Source of the DNA: a virus
Lineage: Duplodnaviria; Caudoviricetes
Length of the DNA stretch: 30,338 bases
Reading direction: 5' to 3' (one strand)
IMG/VR virus record: IMGVR_UViG_3300019872_000011
Span: 1-30,338 of that record
The notes beneath the pieces are model-generated. The model saw only the letters and a list, made by a program, of their open reading frames with translations, had not been told where the DNA came from and ran no database searches. This document shows, piece by piece, positions 16,399 to 24,587 of this stretch. The translations under genes were made by a program, and so were the position numbers. Positions within the stretch are counted from its first letter, which is position 1. Each line of letters starts with the position of its first letter.

Positions 16399-17910
16399 TC
16401 ATCGAATGGTCTTGGCCCTGCTCTGTCGGGCGCCCGTGCGGTGCGGCGACCCGAAGAGTCCGCTGAAGAGACGCCCTAAGGCTTCTGGCGTGTGGTCGTC
16501 CTTCTTCAGCGGATTCTCCGGCGCCGACCGTCCCCGCTCGCCGGCTTGGCTCGCGGTCTCCGGGTAACGATAGTCGTTGAACTCGCGAATAGTCTGCACG
16601 CAAGATCGATTGATGGTGAGCGCCGGGCCACCCGCCCAGCCTGTCCCGAGCTTGAGCTTGCGTCGCATCCATTCCAGACGATCGGCGACCGTAAGCGAGC
16701 CGGGGGAGGCCGAACGGATGCGGAGGAGGGAGGACAGCGTGCGCGACTCCCCCGGCCCGGCCGGGTCCGGGTAGAAGGCCCGGACGGTACGCGGGGCGAG
16801 CCCTCGGGCCTCGATCTCGGCCGCTGCCTCCTCGACGGTCCGGTTAACCTCGTAGTATTCCGCCAGGACGTGCACGCGCTCGCCGTCGGGCGAGACCTGC
16901 ACCAGCAGCCAGACGAACGGGTTGGTGAACCCGTAGTCCACCGCCGCGTAGGTCGCCCAGTCCGGGTGGAACTCCTGATCGGTTACGTGGTACTCCTCGT
17001 CGAAATCCTTGAACACGCGGCCGACGTACTCCGTGAAGAGGGCCGCCTCTTCCTGGTTGAATAGCTCCTGGCTCATGTCCTGGAAGAGCGCCCAAACCTC
17101 GGCGTCGATCCCTACTGGGTGGTGCCCTCGGGAGCACGTGTGCCACTCCACCGCGCTCTTGAACGCGGCGAGCTTCCCCTTGGTCTTCGCCTCGATCGCC
17201 ATGGCGAGGAGTCGCGCGTCAACGCCCTCCCGGTAGACGTACGGATTCGACCACGCCGGAGTCCGCCAGGACGCCCAGTCGGTCCGGGTTGGGTCGAGGC
17301 CGAGCATGTGCAAGTCATAGAACCAGTTTTTCCCCTCGGGCGTCGAGCCGAAGTGCGCCCATCCTCCGAAGTCAGCGAGGGTCGGCCGGATGTACTTATT
17401 CCAGACGCTGTACTTGAGCTTGGCGGCCTCGGAGAACACCACGCCGGACAGGCCTTCGCCGACGAGGTTCTGCGGGTACTTGGCAGACTGCGCCTGGATC
17501 CGGAACGCCCCGTCGAACAGGCTGATCTGCATCTGCCCGGCGTCCAGGTTGTTGTAGGAGCCTGGGGAGTCGAACGCGAACCCGAGCGCCTTCAGCGACT
17601 GCCAGACCACGCGGAACTCCTTCTCCGCGTCGCTGTACTCCGGCCCCACGATCCAGAACTCTCGGCGCTGCCTGCGGGATCGCAGCATCGGTAGTTCGCC
17701 GTACGCCCGGAAGGCCTCGGGCACGAGGCGGTGGCCGCCCACCTGCGACTTCCCGGCTCGCCGGCCAGCCGTCATGACCTTGTTTCGCGCCGGGTCCAGG
17801 AGGATCTTGGCCTGCAACGGGTAGGGGTCCCAGCCGACTCGATCCCAGACCATGCGAAACAGCGCCTCGGGATGAGGCGCTGTCTGCATCAGCTCAGCGG
17901 TGGCGGGCAC
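16399..17910 (-). CDS. terL: Terminase large subunit, 503 aa
   Basis: Walker A AGRRAGKS, Walker B VVFSEAA, coupling motif STPEG, nuclease motifs VDYGF and KDDHTPEAL. Confidence 0.95.
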   Translation of the reverse strand: MPATAELMQTAPHPEALFRMVWDRVGWDPYPLQAKILLDPARNKVMTAGRRAGKSQVGGHRLVPEAFRAYGELPMLRSRRQRREFWIVGPEYSDAEKEFRVVWQSLKALGFAFDSPGSYNNLDAGQMQISLFDGAFRIQAQSAKYPQNLVGEGLSGVVFSEAAKLKYSVWNKYIRPTLADFGGWAHFGSTPEGKNWFYDLHMLGLDPTRTDWASWRTPAWSNPYVYREGVDARLLAMAIEAKTKGKLAAFKSAVEWHTCSRGHHPVGIDAEVWALFQDMSQELFNQEEAALFTEYVGRVFKDFDEEYHVTDQEFHPDWATYAAVDYGFTNPFVWLLVQVSPDGERVHVLAEYYEVNRTVEEAAAEIEARGLAPRTVRAFYPDPAGPGESRTLSSLLRIRSASPGSLTVADRLEWMRRKLKLGTGWAGGPALTINRSCVQTIREFNDYRYPETASQAGERGRSAPENPLKKDDHTPEALGRLFSGLFGSPHRTGARQSRAKTIR

Positions 17911-17919
17911 CCCAGGAGT

Positions 17920-18243
17920 CTACGCGCAGCCTGAGGAAACCTTCTGGCTACGGGCCACGTTCTCGCGCAACCTCTGCGCCCGTAGCCGAACGTCCGCCCG
18001 GCGCGAGGCGATCCGACAAGGCTGGCAGCCGCAGCCAGACTCGTAACAGTTCTTGGTGCCATGCGATAGGCCAACGGGCGCGTACATCTCTTCCGCACGG
18101 CAGAAGCCGCATACGTCGGGCTGCATGCACTCCTCGTGCGCCGCGCGGAGCCCTCGCTTGACCGGGACGTCCGACACGTCGCGCGCCAAGTTCCCGTTCT
18201 CCAGCCACTTGCCCGAGCGCGGGCCATTGCGTCCGACTGTCAC
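17920..18243 (-). CDS. Cys-rich zinc-binding hypothetical protein
   Basis: GTGA-coupled start at 18243. HEEC...CGFC and HGTKNCYESGCGCQPCR motifs. Confidence 0.65.
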   Translation of the reverse strand: MTVGRNGPRSGKWLENGNLARDVSDVPVKRGLRAAHEECMQPDVCGFCRAEEMYAPVGLSHGTKNCYESGCGCQPCRIASRRADVRLRAQRLRENVARSQKVSSGCA

Positions 18244-18437
18244 GGGTGCATCGCCTCTCGGTATGGGTAGTAGTGCATGCCGTCCGTTCCGGCCTGGCAA
18301 TCCTCGGCCTCCGGCCCTCCTGGTCCGACGCAGTGCAGGCAGTCACCGCACCAAGGACACCAGTCCTTCAAGTGCTCCGGCGGTACCGCCTGATAGTCGT
18401 CGGGCGATCCGAAACCCGAGGGCGCCTCGTCGCTCAC
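18240..18437 (-). CDS. Small Cys-rich hypothetical protein, 65 aa
   Basis: CPWCGDCLHC motif. GTGA overlaps at both ends. Confidence 0.65.
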   Translation of the reverse strand: MSDEAPSGFGSPDDYQAVPPEHLKDWCPWCGDCLHCVGPGGPEAEDCQAGTDGMHYYPYREAMHP

Positions 18438-18745
18438 GATGCCTCCGGTAGTCGCCAGAAACCCTCACGCCACCGGATCTCGGGAACCCAATCCGCGCCC
18501 ATGATCTTGCGGACGACTCGGCCCACGGCCTCCTCGTCGACTGTCCCGGCGCGGTACGCCCCCTGCATCAGCGGTAGCACCGTCGACACCAATCGTTCCG
18601 TCTGCTCTGGGGTGGCGCTAGCCTTCGCGGCCCCGACGTACATCATCAGCCCTACCGCCTTCTCCATCGCCTCCAGGTTTCGCCGGGGCGTCTCGGGCGG
18701 AACATGCGGCGGACGGGCCGGACGTAGGTACGGGTCGCCGGCCAT
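18434..18745 (-). CDS. Hypothetical protein, 103 aa
   Basis: Start taken at ATG 18745 (TGATG overlap; MAGDPYLRP...). Confidence 0.65.
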   Translation of the reverse strand: MAGDPYLRPARPPHVPPETPRRNLEAMEKAVGLMMYVGAAKASATPEQTERLVSTVLPLMQGAYRAGTVDEEAVGRVVRKIMGADWVPEIRWREGFWRLPEAS

Positions 18746-18990
18746 CAATTGACGCCGTTCCCTTCTGCGGTCCAGCGATTGCAGTCGGACATGGTCTCGC
18801 CTCGGACGGACTCGGGCACCACGATGGCCTCTCCGTAGAGCGTCGTCCCGATGCGCGTCCCGGCCGTCAAGAACAGGTTGCCGCTGGACTGCCCTCCGGG
18901 GCAACTCCAGCAACTGTCAGCCGCGTGCCGCCCGTGCTCGCACCGATCGAGGGCGCCTAGCTCCGAGCTTCGCCCATACGCGTCAGCCAT
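18745..18990 (-). CDS. Hypothetical protein, 81 aa
   Basis: RCEHGRH...CWSC motif. TGATG-coupled to the small terminase gene. Confidence 0.65.
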   Translation of the reverse strand: MADAYGRSSELGALDRCEHGRHAADSCWSCPGGQSSGNLFLTAGTRIGTTLYGEAIVVPESVRGETMSDCNRWTAEGNGVN

Positions 18991-19649
18991 CAGTTGGCAT
19001 CCTCGCCTTTCGCGGAGTACATCTCAGCCAGCATCTTCTGCCACTCGGGCGTCTCCAGGGAGACCTCGACCCCGGCCCGGATGCCTGCCCGGTCGAGGGC
19101 GGAGTTGATGGCCTTGATGGCGTCGGAGTCCAGCGTGTTCGGGGAGAGGGCGATACCGATGAGCCGATTCACCAACGCGTTCGAGGCGTTCTCCAGACGC
19201 TCCCGGGCCGCCTTGAGGGCGCCGGGCGTCTTCCCACCGTGCGCATGGCAGACGTTCGAGCCGTTCATGGGCGAGCCCGTACATGGCCGCGTCAGGACGA
19301 TCCCGGCCTGATCGAGGATGCGCCTTCCCTCCGCGTCCCGGACGAACGAGCGCCCGTCGCACTGCCTCTCTCCAAGCTCGACGAAGAAGACGTCGGACGG
19401 GCCTCCCCCGATCTCCGCCGCGTCGTGGCCGACCCATCTGAGCTGCACGCCAAACGGCTGGTCGCCGTCCTCGGGCAGGATCTCAAACTGGCCCTCGTTC
19501 TTGGCCATGAAGGCCTGATCCCACTTGCTGTTGGCCGCCCGACCGCTCTGCGGAAGGTTGACCGTCGCCACGCCGTCTTTACGCGTCTTCGCTGGCGCTC
19601 TCTTGGTGCCTTGCGGGGGAGGCGTCGGGGCCTTGGACTTCGCTACCAT
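18990..19649 (-). CDS. Putative terminase small subunit (HGG-motif type), 219 aa
   Basis: C...G...C...VCHAHGGKTP followed by a helical region (IKAINSALDRAG). Start ATG 19649 with RBS GAGAGGAAG. Upstream of terL. Confidence 0.7.
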   Translation of the reverse strand: MVAKSKAPTPPPQGTKRAPAKTRKDGVATVNLPQSGRAANSKWDQAFMAKNEGQFEILPEDGDQPFGVQLRWVGHDAAEIGGGPSDVFFVELGERQCDGRSFVRDAEGRRILDQAGIVLTRPCTGSPMNGSNVCHAHGGKTPGALKAARERLENASNALVNRLIGIALSPNTLDSDAIKAINSALDRAGIRAGVEVSLETPEWQKMLAEMYSAKGEDAN

Positions 19650-19929
19650 CCTGCGCTTCCTCTCGGGCCGGCACTCCGGCCGCCTCGTAGAAATCATCAA
19701 TTGACTCGCCGGGCGCAAAGCGCACCTTGTGGAAAACGTACCCCGCCCGCTCCGCGAGATCGAGGATCATGAGCACGCGCTCGCGAGCCTGTTTCAGGTG
19801 GAGCGGGCAGAGCCGAAGGACGGAGTACTGGCACAGCGTCGAGGCGTAGTGCTCGATCAACCGCTCTACCAGGATCGTGTCCGGGTTGGGACGCGAGGTC
19901 GGAGCCGCGTGCTGTGCCATGACCGTCAT
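19579..19929 (-). CDS. Hypothetical protein, 116 aa
   Basis: ATGA-coupled start at 19929. The 3' end overlaps the small terminase gene by 71 nt. Confidence 0.55.
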   Translation of the reverse strand: MTVMAQHAAPTSRPNPDTILVERLIEHYASTLCQYSVLRLCPLHLKQARERVLMILDLAERAGYVFHKVRFAPGESIDDFYEAAGVPAREEAQDGSEVQGPDASPARHQESASEDA

Positions 19930-20345
19930 AGTACCTGTGCCTCCTGGATAAGTGGCGGCCATCCGAGCCGCTGCCGGCCGATCTCCAACTGTGCGAGGTC
20001 GATCACTGGCTGCAGAACTCTGATGCCGGCTGCTGCCGCGAAGTCCATCTCGGTCCTCGCGCCCGGCGAGCTACCCCAGTCGTGCAGTCGGGCGATCCCA
20101 TCGCACGTCGCCAGTAGCCGGATGCACGCTACGAGGTAGCAGCCGTAGCGGTGCGGGTCCTCCGGGAACCCGGTCTCCTTGCCGTTGGAGCACGGGACCG
20201 AAGGACTATGCAGCGTGATGTCCTTGAGGGGCGTCACGACCTTGTTGACTTCCCGGAGCGAGCGCAGGTAGGCCGCGCCCGCCTCGAAGGCGGCCGAGTT
20301 CCGGTTGACTCGGCCGCCGATCGGACCGCATAGGTAGATCTTCAT
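19926..20345 (-). CDS. DUF4406 / nucleoside 2-deoxyribosyltransferase-like protein, 139 aa
   Basis: KIYLCGPIGG...N...F and CDGIARLHDWGSSPGARTE match the family consensus. Confidence 0.85.
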   Translation of the reverse strand: MKIYLCGPIGGRVNRNSAAFEAGAAYLRSLREVNKVVTPLKDITLHSPSVPCSNGKETGFPEDPHRYGCYLVACIRLLATCDGIARLHDWGSSPGARTEMDFAAAAGIRVLQPVIDLAQLEIGRQRLGWPPLIQEAQVL

Positions 20346-20533
20346 TCCCCATCCACCGTCCGATAGTCGAGCATGCTCCCGGGCAGGGTGTCCAGGAGAT
20401 GGCGCGCGCCTAGCGCCATGCTGGCCGGCTCCTCCGTGTAGTAGCCCTGGGTCGCCTCGACCTCGCCGCGCGCCTCGATCTCGATCAGTAGCTCACGCGT
20501 CGTCGCGTATCCGAGCATTGGTATAATCTGCAT
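20342..20533 (-). CDS. Hypothetical protein, 63 aa
   Basis: MQIIPMLGYATTRELLIEIEARGE... TGATG and ATGA overlaps at its ends. Confidence 0.68.
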   Translation of the reverse strand: MQIIPMLGYATTRELLIEIEARGEVEATQGYYTEEPASMALGARHLLDTLPGSMLDYRTVDGE

Positions 20534-21180
20534 CAGGCCACCGGAACTTCTACGCGGCAGTGCAGGAAGTCCCCACCCACCAACTTGTGTTTGTTGTGCT
20601 GGGCGATCGAGGCAAAGAATCCCGAGTCCCAGGGCCCGACTGCCCCGGGCAAGCCGACGCCACCCCATTGGATCGCGCAACCGGCTCCGGCCCCATACTG
20701 GGGCAGCGCGTTAGCCACGCCTCCGGTCTCGCGGAGCTTCGCCGAGAAGTCGATCATCACGATAATCGGCTCTGTGTTCCCAACCGGGATCCGCAGGAAC
20801 CAGTCGGACTGCCACGGGCTGGTAACCGTACCGTCCCAGGGGAGCGAGGTCCCGTCTGGAGCATGGAACGTGCTCTCGCCGTTGGCCGTCCCGAACATGT
20901 GCACGTCCCAGGTCCCGGCGAAGGGCACATCCGGCTGGCAATACTTCCCGGTCTCGTCGATCGCGAGCGCGTTCAGCACCACGCGGAACTCGGCGATCCG
21001 GTGCGCGGGATCGGCGAGGGGAGCCCCGTTCGGCTGCGCCGTTCGGACGGGCTTGATCTCGGCGGTGATGTCGCACCCGGGATCCTCGGCCTCGCCGTTT
21101 CCGAACCAGTCTTTCCCGCCCGACGCGCAACCGGCTACCAGCAAACAGGCGACCGCGAGGGTGGCCATGAGCTTCTTCAT
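20533..21180 (-). CDS. Lipoprotein, 215 aa
   Basis: Signal peptide MKKLMATLAVACLLVAG-C with a lipobox. RBS GGAGGA. Confidence 0.8.
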   Translation of the reverse strand: MKKLMATLAVACLLVAGCASGGKDWFGNGEAEDPGCDITAEIKPVRTAQPNGAPLADPAHRIAEFRVVLNALAIDETGKYCQPDVPFAGTWDVHMFGTANGESTFHAPDGTSLPWDGTVTSPWQSDWFLRIPVGNTEPIIVMIDFSAKLRETGGVANALPQYGAGAGCAIQWGGVGLPGAVGPWDSGFFASIAQHNKHKLVGGDFLHCRVEVPVA

Positions 21181-21428
21181 GCTGTCCTCCAGCGGTAGCG
21201 GGTGTCGGTCGAGGTCGTGTTGCAGATGATGGGCTCTCCGGTCGTGGTGAGTCCGCGCTCGCCGTATCGATCGCAGTATGCCCCCGGCTTACCAATGTTC
21301 GTCGGGGGCGCGGTCGGAGTAGTCGGCGACGGGACGCCCGGGAAGAATATGGGCTTATCCTCCTTCGGGCCGCAGCCCGTCGTGGCGAGCATGCATGTAA
21401 CCGCGAGGGCGGCCAGAACCTTCTTCAC
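21177..21428 (-). CDS. Lipoprotein, 83 aa
   Basis: GTGA-coupled start at 21428. VKKVLAALAVTCMLATTG-C signal, Pro/Thr linker, and a small C-terminal PGAYC...C...RWR domain. Confidence 0.75.
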   Translation of the reverse strand: MKKVLAALAVTCMLATTGCGPKEDKPIFFPGVPSPTTPTAPPTNIGKPGAYCDRYGERGLTTTGEPIICNTTSTDTRYRWRTA

Positions 21429-21667
21429 TTCTCTCCCTTGGGTATTCTGATGATGAGCCCTGAGTCGCCCCACTCGTAGCCGCAACCGCAGTAGTGCCAG
21501 TAGGCGGTACCGGGGTTGTGCCCTTCCTCGGCCGGAGTGTCGTGCAGCCACACTCCGGAACATTGGTGCGTCGCCGCTGCCCCGTTGAACGGGGCCTCGA
21601 CCCGATGCGTGCATGCCTTGCCTCGCGGCTGCCTGCGCCCAATCGGGTACGCCCCCACGATGGTCAT
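21425..21667 (-). CDS. Cys/His-rich hypothetical protein, 80 aa
   Basis: Overlap-coupled at both ends. Contains HQC...H...HYCGCG. Confidence 0.62.
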   Translation of the reverse strand: MTIVGAYPIGRRQPRGKACTHRVEAPFNGAAATHQCSGVWLHDTPAEEGHNPGTAYWHYCGCGYEWGDSGLIIRIPKGEK

Positions 21668-21813
21668 CGGTAGAGCCCCCTGTCTTCGGCTTCCTTAACC
21701 TCGCGACCGGCGTAGCTCCAAATGGTCAGGATATGCCAAGGCGCATACCAACGCTCGCCGTACGTGTAGAGGATCGCGACGCTCATCCGGAGCGTCCTAA
21801 GCCAACGCCTCAT
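21664..21813 (-). CDS. Small hypothetical protein, 49 aa (not in ORF track)
   Basis: MRRWLRTLRMSVAILYTYGERWYAPWHILTIWSYAGREVKEAEDRGLYR. ATGA overlaps at both ends. Confidence 0.65.
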   Translation of the reverse strand: MRRWLRTLRMSVAILYTYGERWYAPWHILTIWSYAGREVKEAEDRGLYR

Positions 21814-21941
21814 GGGGTCGGCCCCGGGACTACCGGGATGTACCCGAGGACGAACGCCCCGGCGCAGATGAACACGGCTACCATGAGCGCGTACCCCATG
21901 AGCGCGTAGAGCGTCGAGGTCGGCTTGACTTGCTGTGGCAT
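21810..21941 (-). CDS. Small membrane protein, 43 aa (not in ORF track)
   Basis: MPQQVKPTSTLYALMGYALMVAVFICAGAFVLGYIPVVPGPTP. RBS GAAGGGA. One hydrophobic helix. Confidence 0.68.
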   Translation of the reverse strand: MPQQVKPTSTLYALMGYALMVAVFICAGAFVLGYIPVVPGPTP

Positions 21942-21996
21942 CTTGGTCCCTTCTCTGGTTGGTGCGTCGATCCTCTACCGTGGACCGACCCTGGCG

Positions 21997-22080
21997 CTAG
22001 CGCGGTCGCCCGAATGCCATTCCGACGACGAACACCAACGCCGTGTAGACCGCGAGCGCTAGAACGAACTCCCAGTTCAT
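21997..22080 (-). CDS. Tiny membrane peptide, 27 aa
   Basis: MNWEFVLALAVYTALVFVVGMAFGRPR. ATGA overlap, with RBS GGAGGA upstream. Confidence 0.65.
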   Translation of the reverse strand: MNWEFVLALAVYTALVFVVGMAFGRPR

Positions 22081-22277
22081 CCCCAGATCCTCCAATCGGT
22101 CTGTCGGCGGTGGCGCCCTACGGCCGGCGTGCGGAAAGGCCAGCGCATGTGCGTGGCCGCGACGTCCCAGCCCTTCCCGAGGGCGAAGGCGGGGCGAGGC
22201 GCCCGCTCCAGCCGTAGCCAGAGCAGGGCGACCGCGCACAGCAACACGAAGTAGGTCAGGACTTCCTTGGGGCTCAT
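22077..22277 (-). CDS. Small membrane protein, 66 aa
   Basis: ATGA-coupled start at 22277. N-terminal hydrophobic helix VLTYFVLLCAVALLWL. Confidence 0.62.
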   Translation of the reverse strand: MSPKEVLTYFVLLCAVALLWLRLERAPRPAFALGKGWDVAATHMRWPFRTPAVGRHRRQTDWRIWG

Positions 22278-22885
22278 GGTCGCTTCACCCCGTGCTCCTC
22301 GGGTCCGGGGTACGGCCGACTCCAAGGCGTGGTGGCCTCTCCTCCGACCGGCCGGGCCGCCTCGGGCGGAGTGCGCAGGAAGGCCCGGCCCGGGTGGGTC
22401 AGCGCCTCGGCCGTGTCGTCGCCCAGCAGGTCTCCGAGACGCTGCCGCTTCTCGCGTCGCTCCGTCCGCAGCCGTTCGCGGTCGGCCGATCCCGAAGGCA
22501 GGGAACCCTGCAGCAGGCCAACCCGCTTGGCCCCGACGTCCGCCGTCTTCGCGCGCATCTCAGCCGCCTTGTGGCGTAGCTCGCGCTCCGCCACATCCGC
22601 GTTCCGCCAGGCGAATAGCTCCGCGATCATGCCCGCGAGGACATCCATGGTGAAGGCAGCGCCGGGGTCCACCACCACGGCTCCGTTTGTCGCCCCCTCG
22701 GCCCAGGAGGCGAGTTGGGGCGCGAAGTACTGCGAGACGGTACCGGAGAACCCTCCCAGCGCCGTAGCGTCCATCTGATCGACGTCCCAGCCGTCTTCGT
22801 GCGCGGCTGCGACCCAGGCGTTACGCGCCTCGACCGTCCCGAACCACTCCGTCCCGACACGGCGCACGCTCTCGGGTCCGCTCAT
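22274..22885 (-). CDS. Hypothetical protein, 203 aa
   Basis: ATGA-coupled, RBS GGGGAGAAGG, high GC3. Confidence 0.7.
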   Translation of the reverse strand: MSGPESVRRVGTEWFGTVEARNAWVAAAHEDGWDVDQMDATALGGFSGTVSQYFAPQLASWAEGATNGAVVVDPGAAFTMDVLAGMIAELFAWRNADVAERELRHKAAEMRAKTADVGAKRVGLLQGSLPSGSADRERLRTERREKRQRLGDLLGDDTAEALTHPGRAFLRTPPEAARPVGGEATTPWSRPYPGPEEHGVKRP

Positions 22886-23193
22886 CGCCTTCTCCCCTGC
22901 AGTTGCTCTTCAAGCTCGCGCACACGATTGGCGAGCCTTTGGTTTGCGGCCTCAAGTGTCCGGATCGCGGTTCTCGCGGTCTCGGCGTCGAAATCGAGGA
23001 CGGGTCCGGGTCCTGTGTCTGGGGTATCCATGACCCGAGTGTGCGCCGAGGAGGGCACTGGCGCACGCCCTCGGCCCCACGGGGTCGGCATCGGCTTGGT
23101 GTCTGGTACCCGCCCGAGGTCTTGCAGCAATGGCGACGGAGTCACCATCGGGTAGCCGGCTGCCCCATATGGGTCAGTGCGGCGCTTCTCCAT
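22882..23193 (-). CDS. Hypothetical protein with C-terminal coiled coil, 103 aa
   Basis: Start taken at ATG 23193 (RBS GGGAGG). Confidence 0.62.
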   Translation of the reverse strand: MEKRRTDPYGAAGYPMVTPSPLLQDLGRVPDTKPMPTPWGRGRAPVPSSAHTRVMDTPDTGPGPVLDFDAETARTAIRTLEAANQRLANRVRELEEQLQGRRR

Positions 23194-23410
23194 TTTGTAC
23201 CTCCCGGATCTTGTCTTGAACTGCAGTCCGGAGGGAGACCAGCGCCCGCCCATCGTCGTACGGGCCGAGCGCTTGCTGGTGCTTCGCAATCAACTCCAGC
23301 ATCCAGTTGAGCGTCATGATCGCGCCCGCCTCGACTCCGAGGGCGGCTGCAAGCGTTGCCTCCGCCTCCAGGCGCTCGCGTACCTCTGCCTTGGTTAGTC
23401 CCTCCATCAC
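23174..23410 (-). CDS. Hypothetical protein, 78 aa
   Basis: GTGA-coupled helical ORF with an upstream GAGGAG RBS. Confidence 0.65.
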   Translation of the reverse strand: MMEGLTKAEVRERLEAEATLAAALGVEAGAIMTLNWMLELIAKHQQALGPYDDGRALVSLRTAVQDKIREVQNGEAPH

Positions 23411-23631
23411 CCGATCATCTCCTCTGGACCGATGATGGCGCTAGGGCCTTTGGTGTCCGTCGCTGCGTCGCACACGCGGCAGAGCCGGAACGGGTAGCCC
23501 TCGACGCGGATGAGCCGGCCGGTCGGCTTGCGTAGCGGCCCCTCTGCCTCGCCCGAGGGCGCGTGCTCTTGGATATAGGCCCGAGGCATCCGGAGCGCGC
23601 CGCACATCGTGCAGGCGATCGCGAAAGCCAT
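23407..23631 (-). CDS. Zinc-finger-like hypothetical protein (start uncertain, 23631-23670)
   Basis: CTMC and CRVC pairs. Confidence 0.6.
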   Translation of the reverse strand: MAFAIACTMCGALRMPRAYIQEHAPSGEAEGPLRKPTGRLIRVEGYPFRLCRVCDAATDTKGPSAIIGPEEMIG

Positions 23632-23641
23632 CTCGTTCGGG

Positions 23642-23869
23642 TCATCCCCCGCAGCATTCATATCCACCATCTCCGTCCGCTCGTATCCGGTCGCCCGGCT
23701 CGACCTCGCCACCACACCGCGCACAGTCCTGGGCGAACGAGGCCCGGAACCAAGGCCCAGTCCCATCCCCCTCATCGACCGCCGCCCTCTCCATGTCCGC
23801 CATAGTCTCCCGCAGGTCGGCCAACCCCTTCCAGGCCACGAGCCTTCCCTCACCAGAGCCAGCACCCAT
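23642..23869 (-). CDS. Cys-containing hypothetical protein, 75 aa
   Basis: RBS GGAGG before ATG 23869. Contains FRASFAQDCARCGGEVEPGDRI. Confidence 0.65.
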   Translation of the reverse strand: MGAGSGEGRLVAWKGLADLRETMADMERAAVDEGDGTGPWFRASFAQDCARCGGEVEPGDRIRADGDGGYECCGG

Positions 23870-23887
23870 CGTTTCCTCCACATGGAT

Positions 23888-23925
23888 CACCAAGTAATTA
23901 ATTGCACTAGTGCAACTACTAACCT
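23888..23925. promoter_or_regulatory. AT-rich promoter/operator region with perfect 14-bp palindrome TTGCACTAGTGCAA (23902-23915)
   Basis: Intergenic AT-rich island in a GC-rich genome, with an adjacent AATTAATT palindrome. Confidence 0.6.
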
Positions 23926-23937
23926 GCATCCCTACGC

Positions 23938-24345
23938 CTACCCCAGAGACGCCATGCCATACCGAGTGAGCGTCGCGTAGTCCCCGCAGAAGGAGGGCCT
24001 TGCCTTCATCCCGGCCGCCTCCATCTCCTCTGTCCAGATGAAGTAGGTTCCAGGCACTCCGCAGATATGCAGATACTCGTGCATCGCCAGCACCCCGTCC
24101 CCCACCTGCCTCGCGGCCGAGAGGTGCCCGCCGCAGGTCTGGACCGTGCACGACCGGACGAGGTCCCCCGTGTCGGGATCCTCGAACTCGTCGCACGCCA
24201 CCCGCAGATGCCACTCGGCCGGGGCGTCGCACTTCCCCGGGGCGACGCCCCCTGGCTCCTCCAGAACTCCGGTCGGCAGGATCCCCATGAACGCGCACTC
24301 CCTCGACGGGTTCGCTACCGGCGGACCCAGCAACACTTCCATCAC
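23938..24345 (-). CDS. Cys/His-rich hypothetical protein, 135 aa
   Basis: GTGA-coupled. Multiple Cys/His residues (TCGGH, HEYLHIC). Confidence 0.65.
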   Translation of the reverse strand: MMEVLLGPPVANPSRECAFMGILPTGVLEEPGGVAPGKCDAPAEWHLRVACDEFEDPDTGDLVRSCTVQTCGGHLSAARQVGDGVLAMHEYLHICGVPGTYFIWTEEMEAAGMKARPSFCGDYATLTRYGMASLG

Positions 24346-24587
24346 ACGTCTCCCGTCAGGTCAGCAATCTGCTTCTTGGTAGGCCGCTCAATCTGCACGG
24401 TTGCCAGGTCCTCGTCAGCAATCGCCGGGTTGGTAGCGTAGATCTCCAGAAGCTCCTCTCCAACCCTCTCATCAACCAGCGGTCCGGTCGCCGGCCCGAT
24501 GTTCCGGTCCTTCCTCTGCTCCGGATCCACCAGGCCCGGACCACCAGAGAATTCACCATGATTCTTTGGTGCTTTCGTGTACGACAT
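24342..24587 (-). CDS. Hypothetical protein, 81 aa
   Basis: RBS GAAGGAGA. First gene after the origin-like region. Confidence 0.65.
   Translation of the reverse strand: MSYTKAPKNHGEFSGGPGLVDPEQRKDRNIGPATGPLVDERVGEELLEIYATNPAIADEDLATVQIERPTKKQIADLTGDV

Noticed and set aside
21767-21978. 11-bp inverted repeat GTAGAGGATCG about 200 bp apart, flanking a small gene
   Set aside because: A match of this length is expected by chance in 30 kb. No recombinase or target duplication is present.
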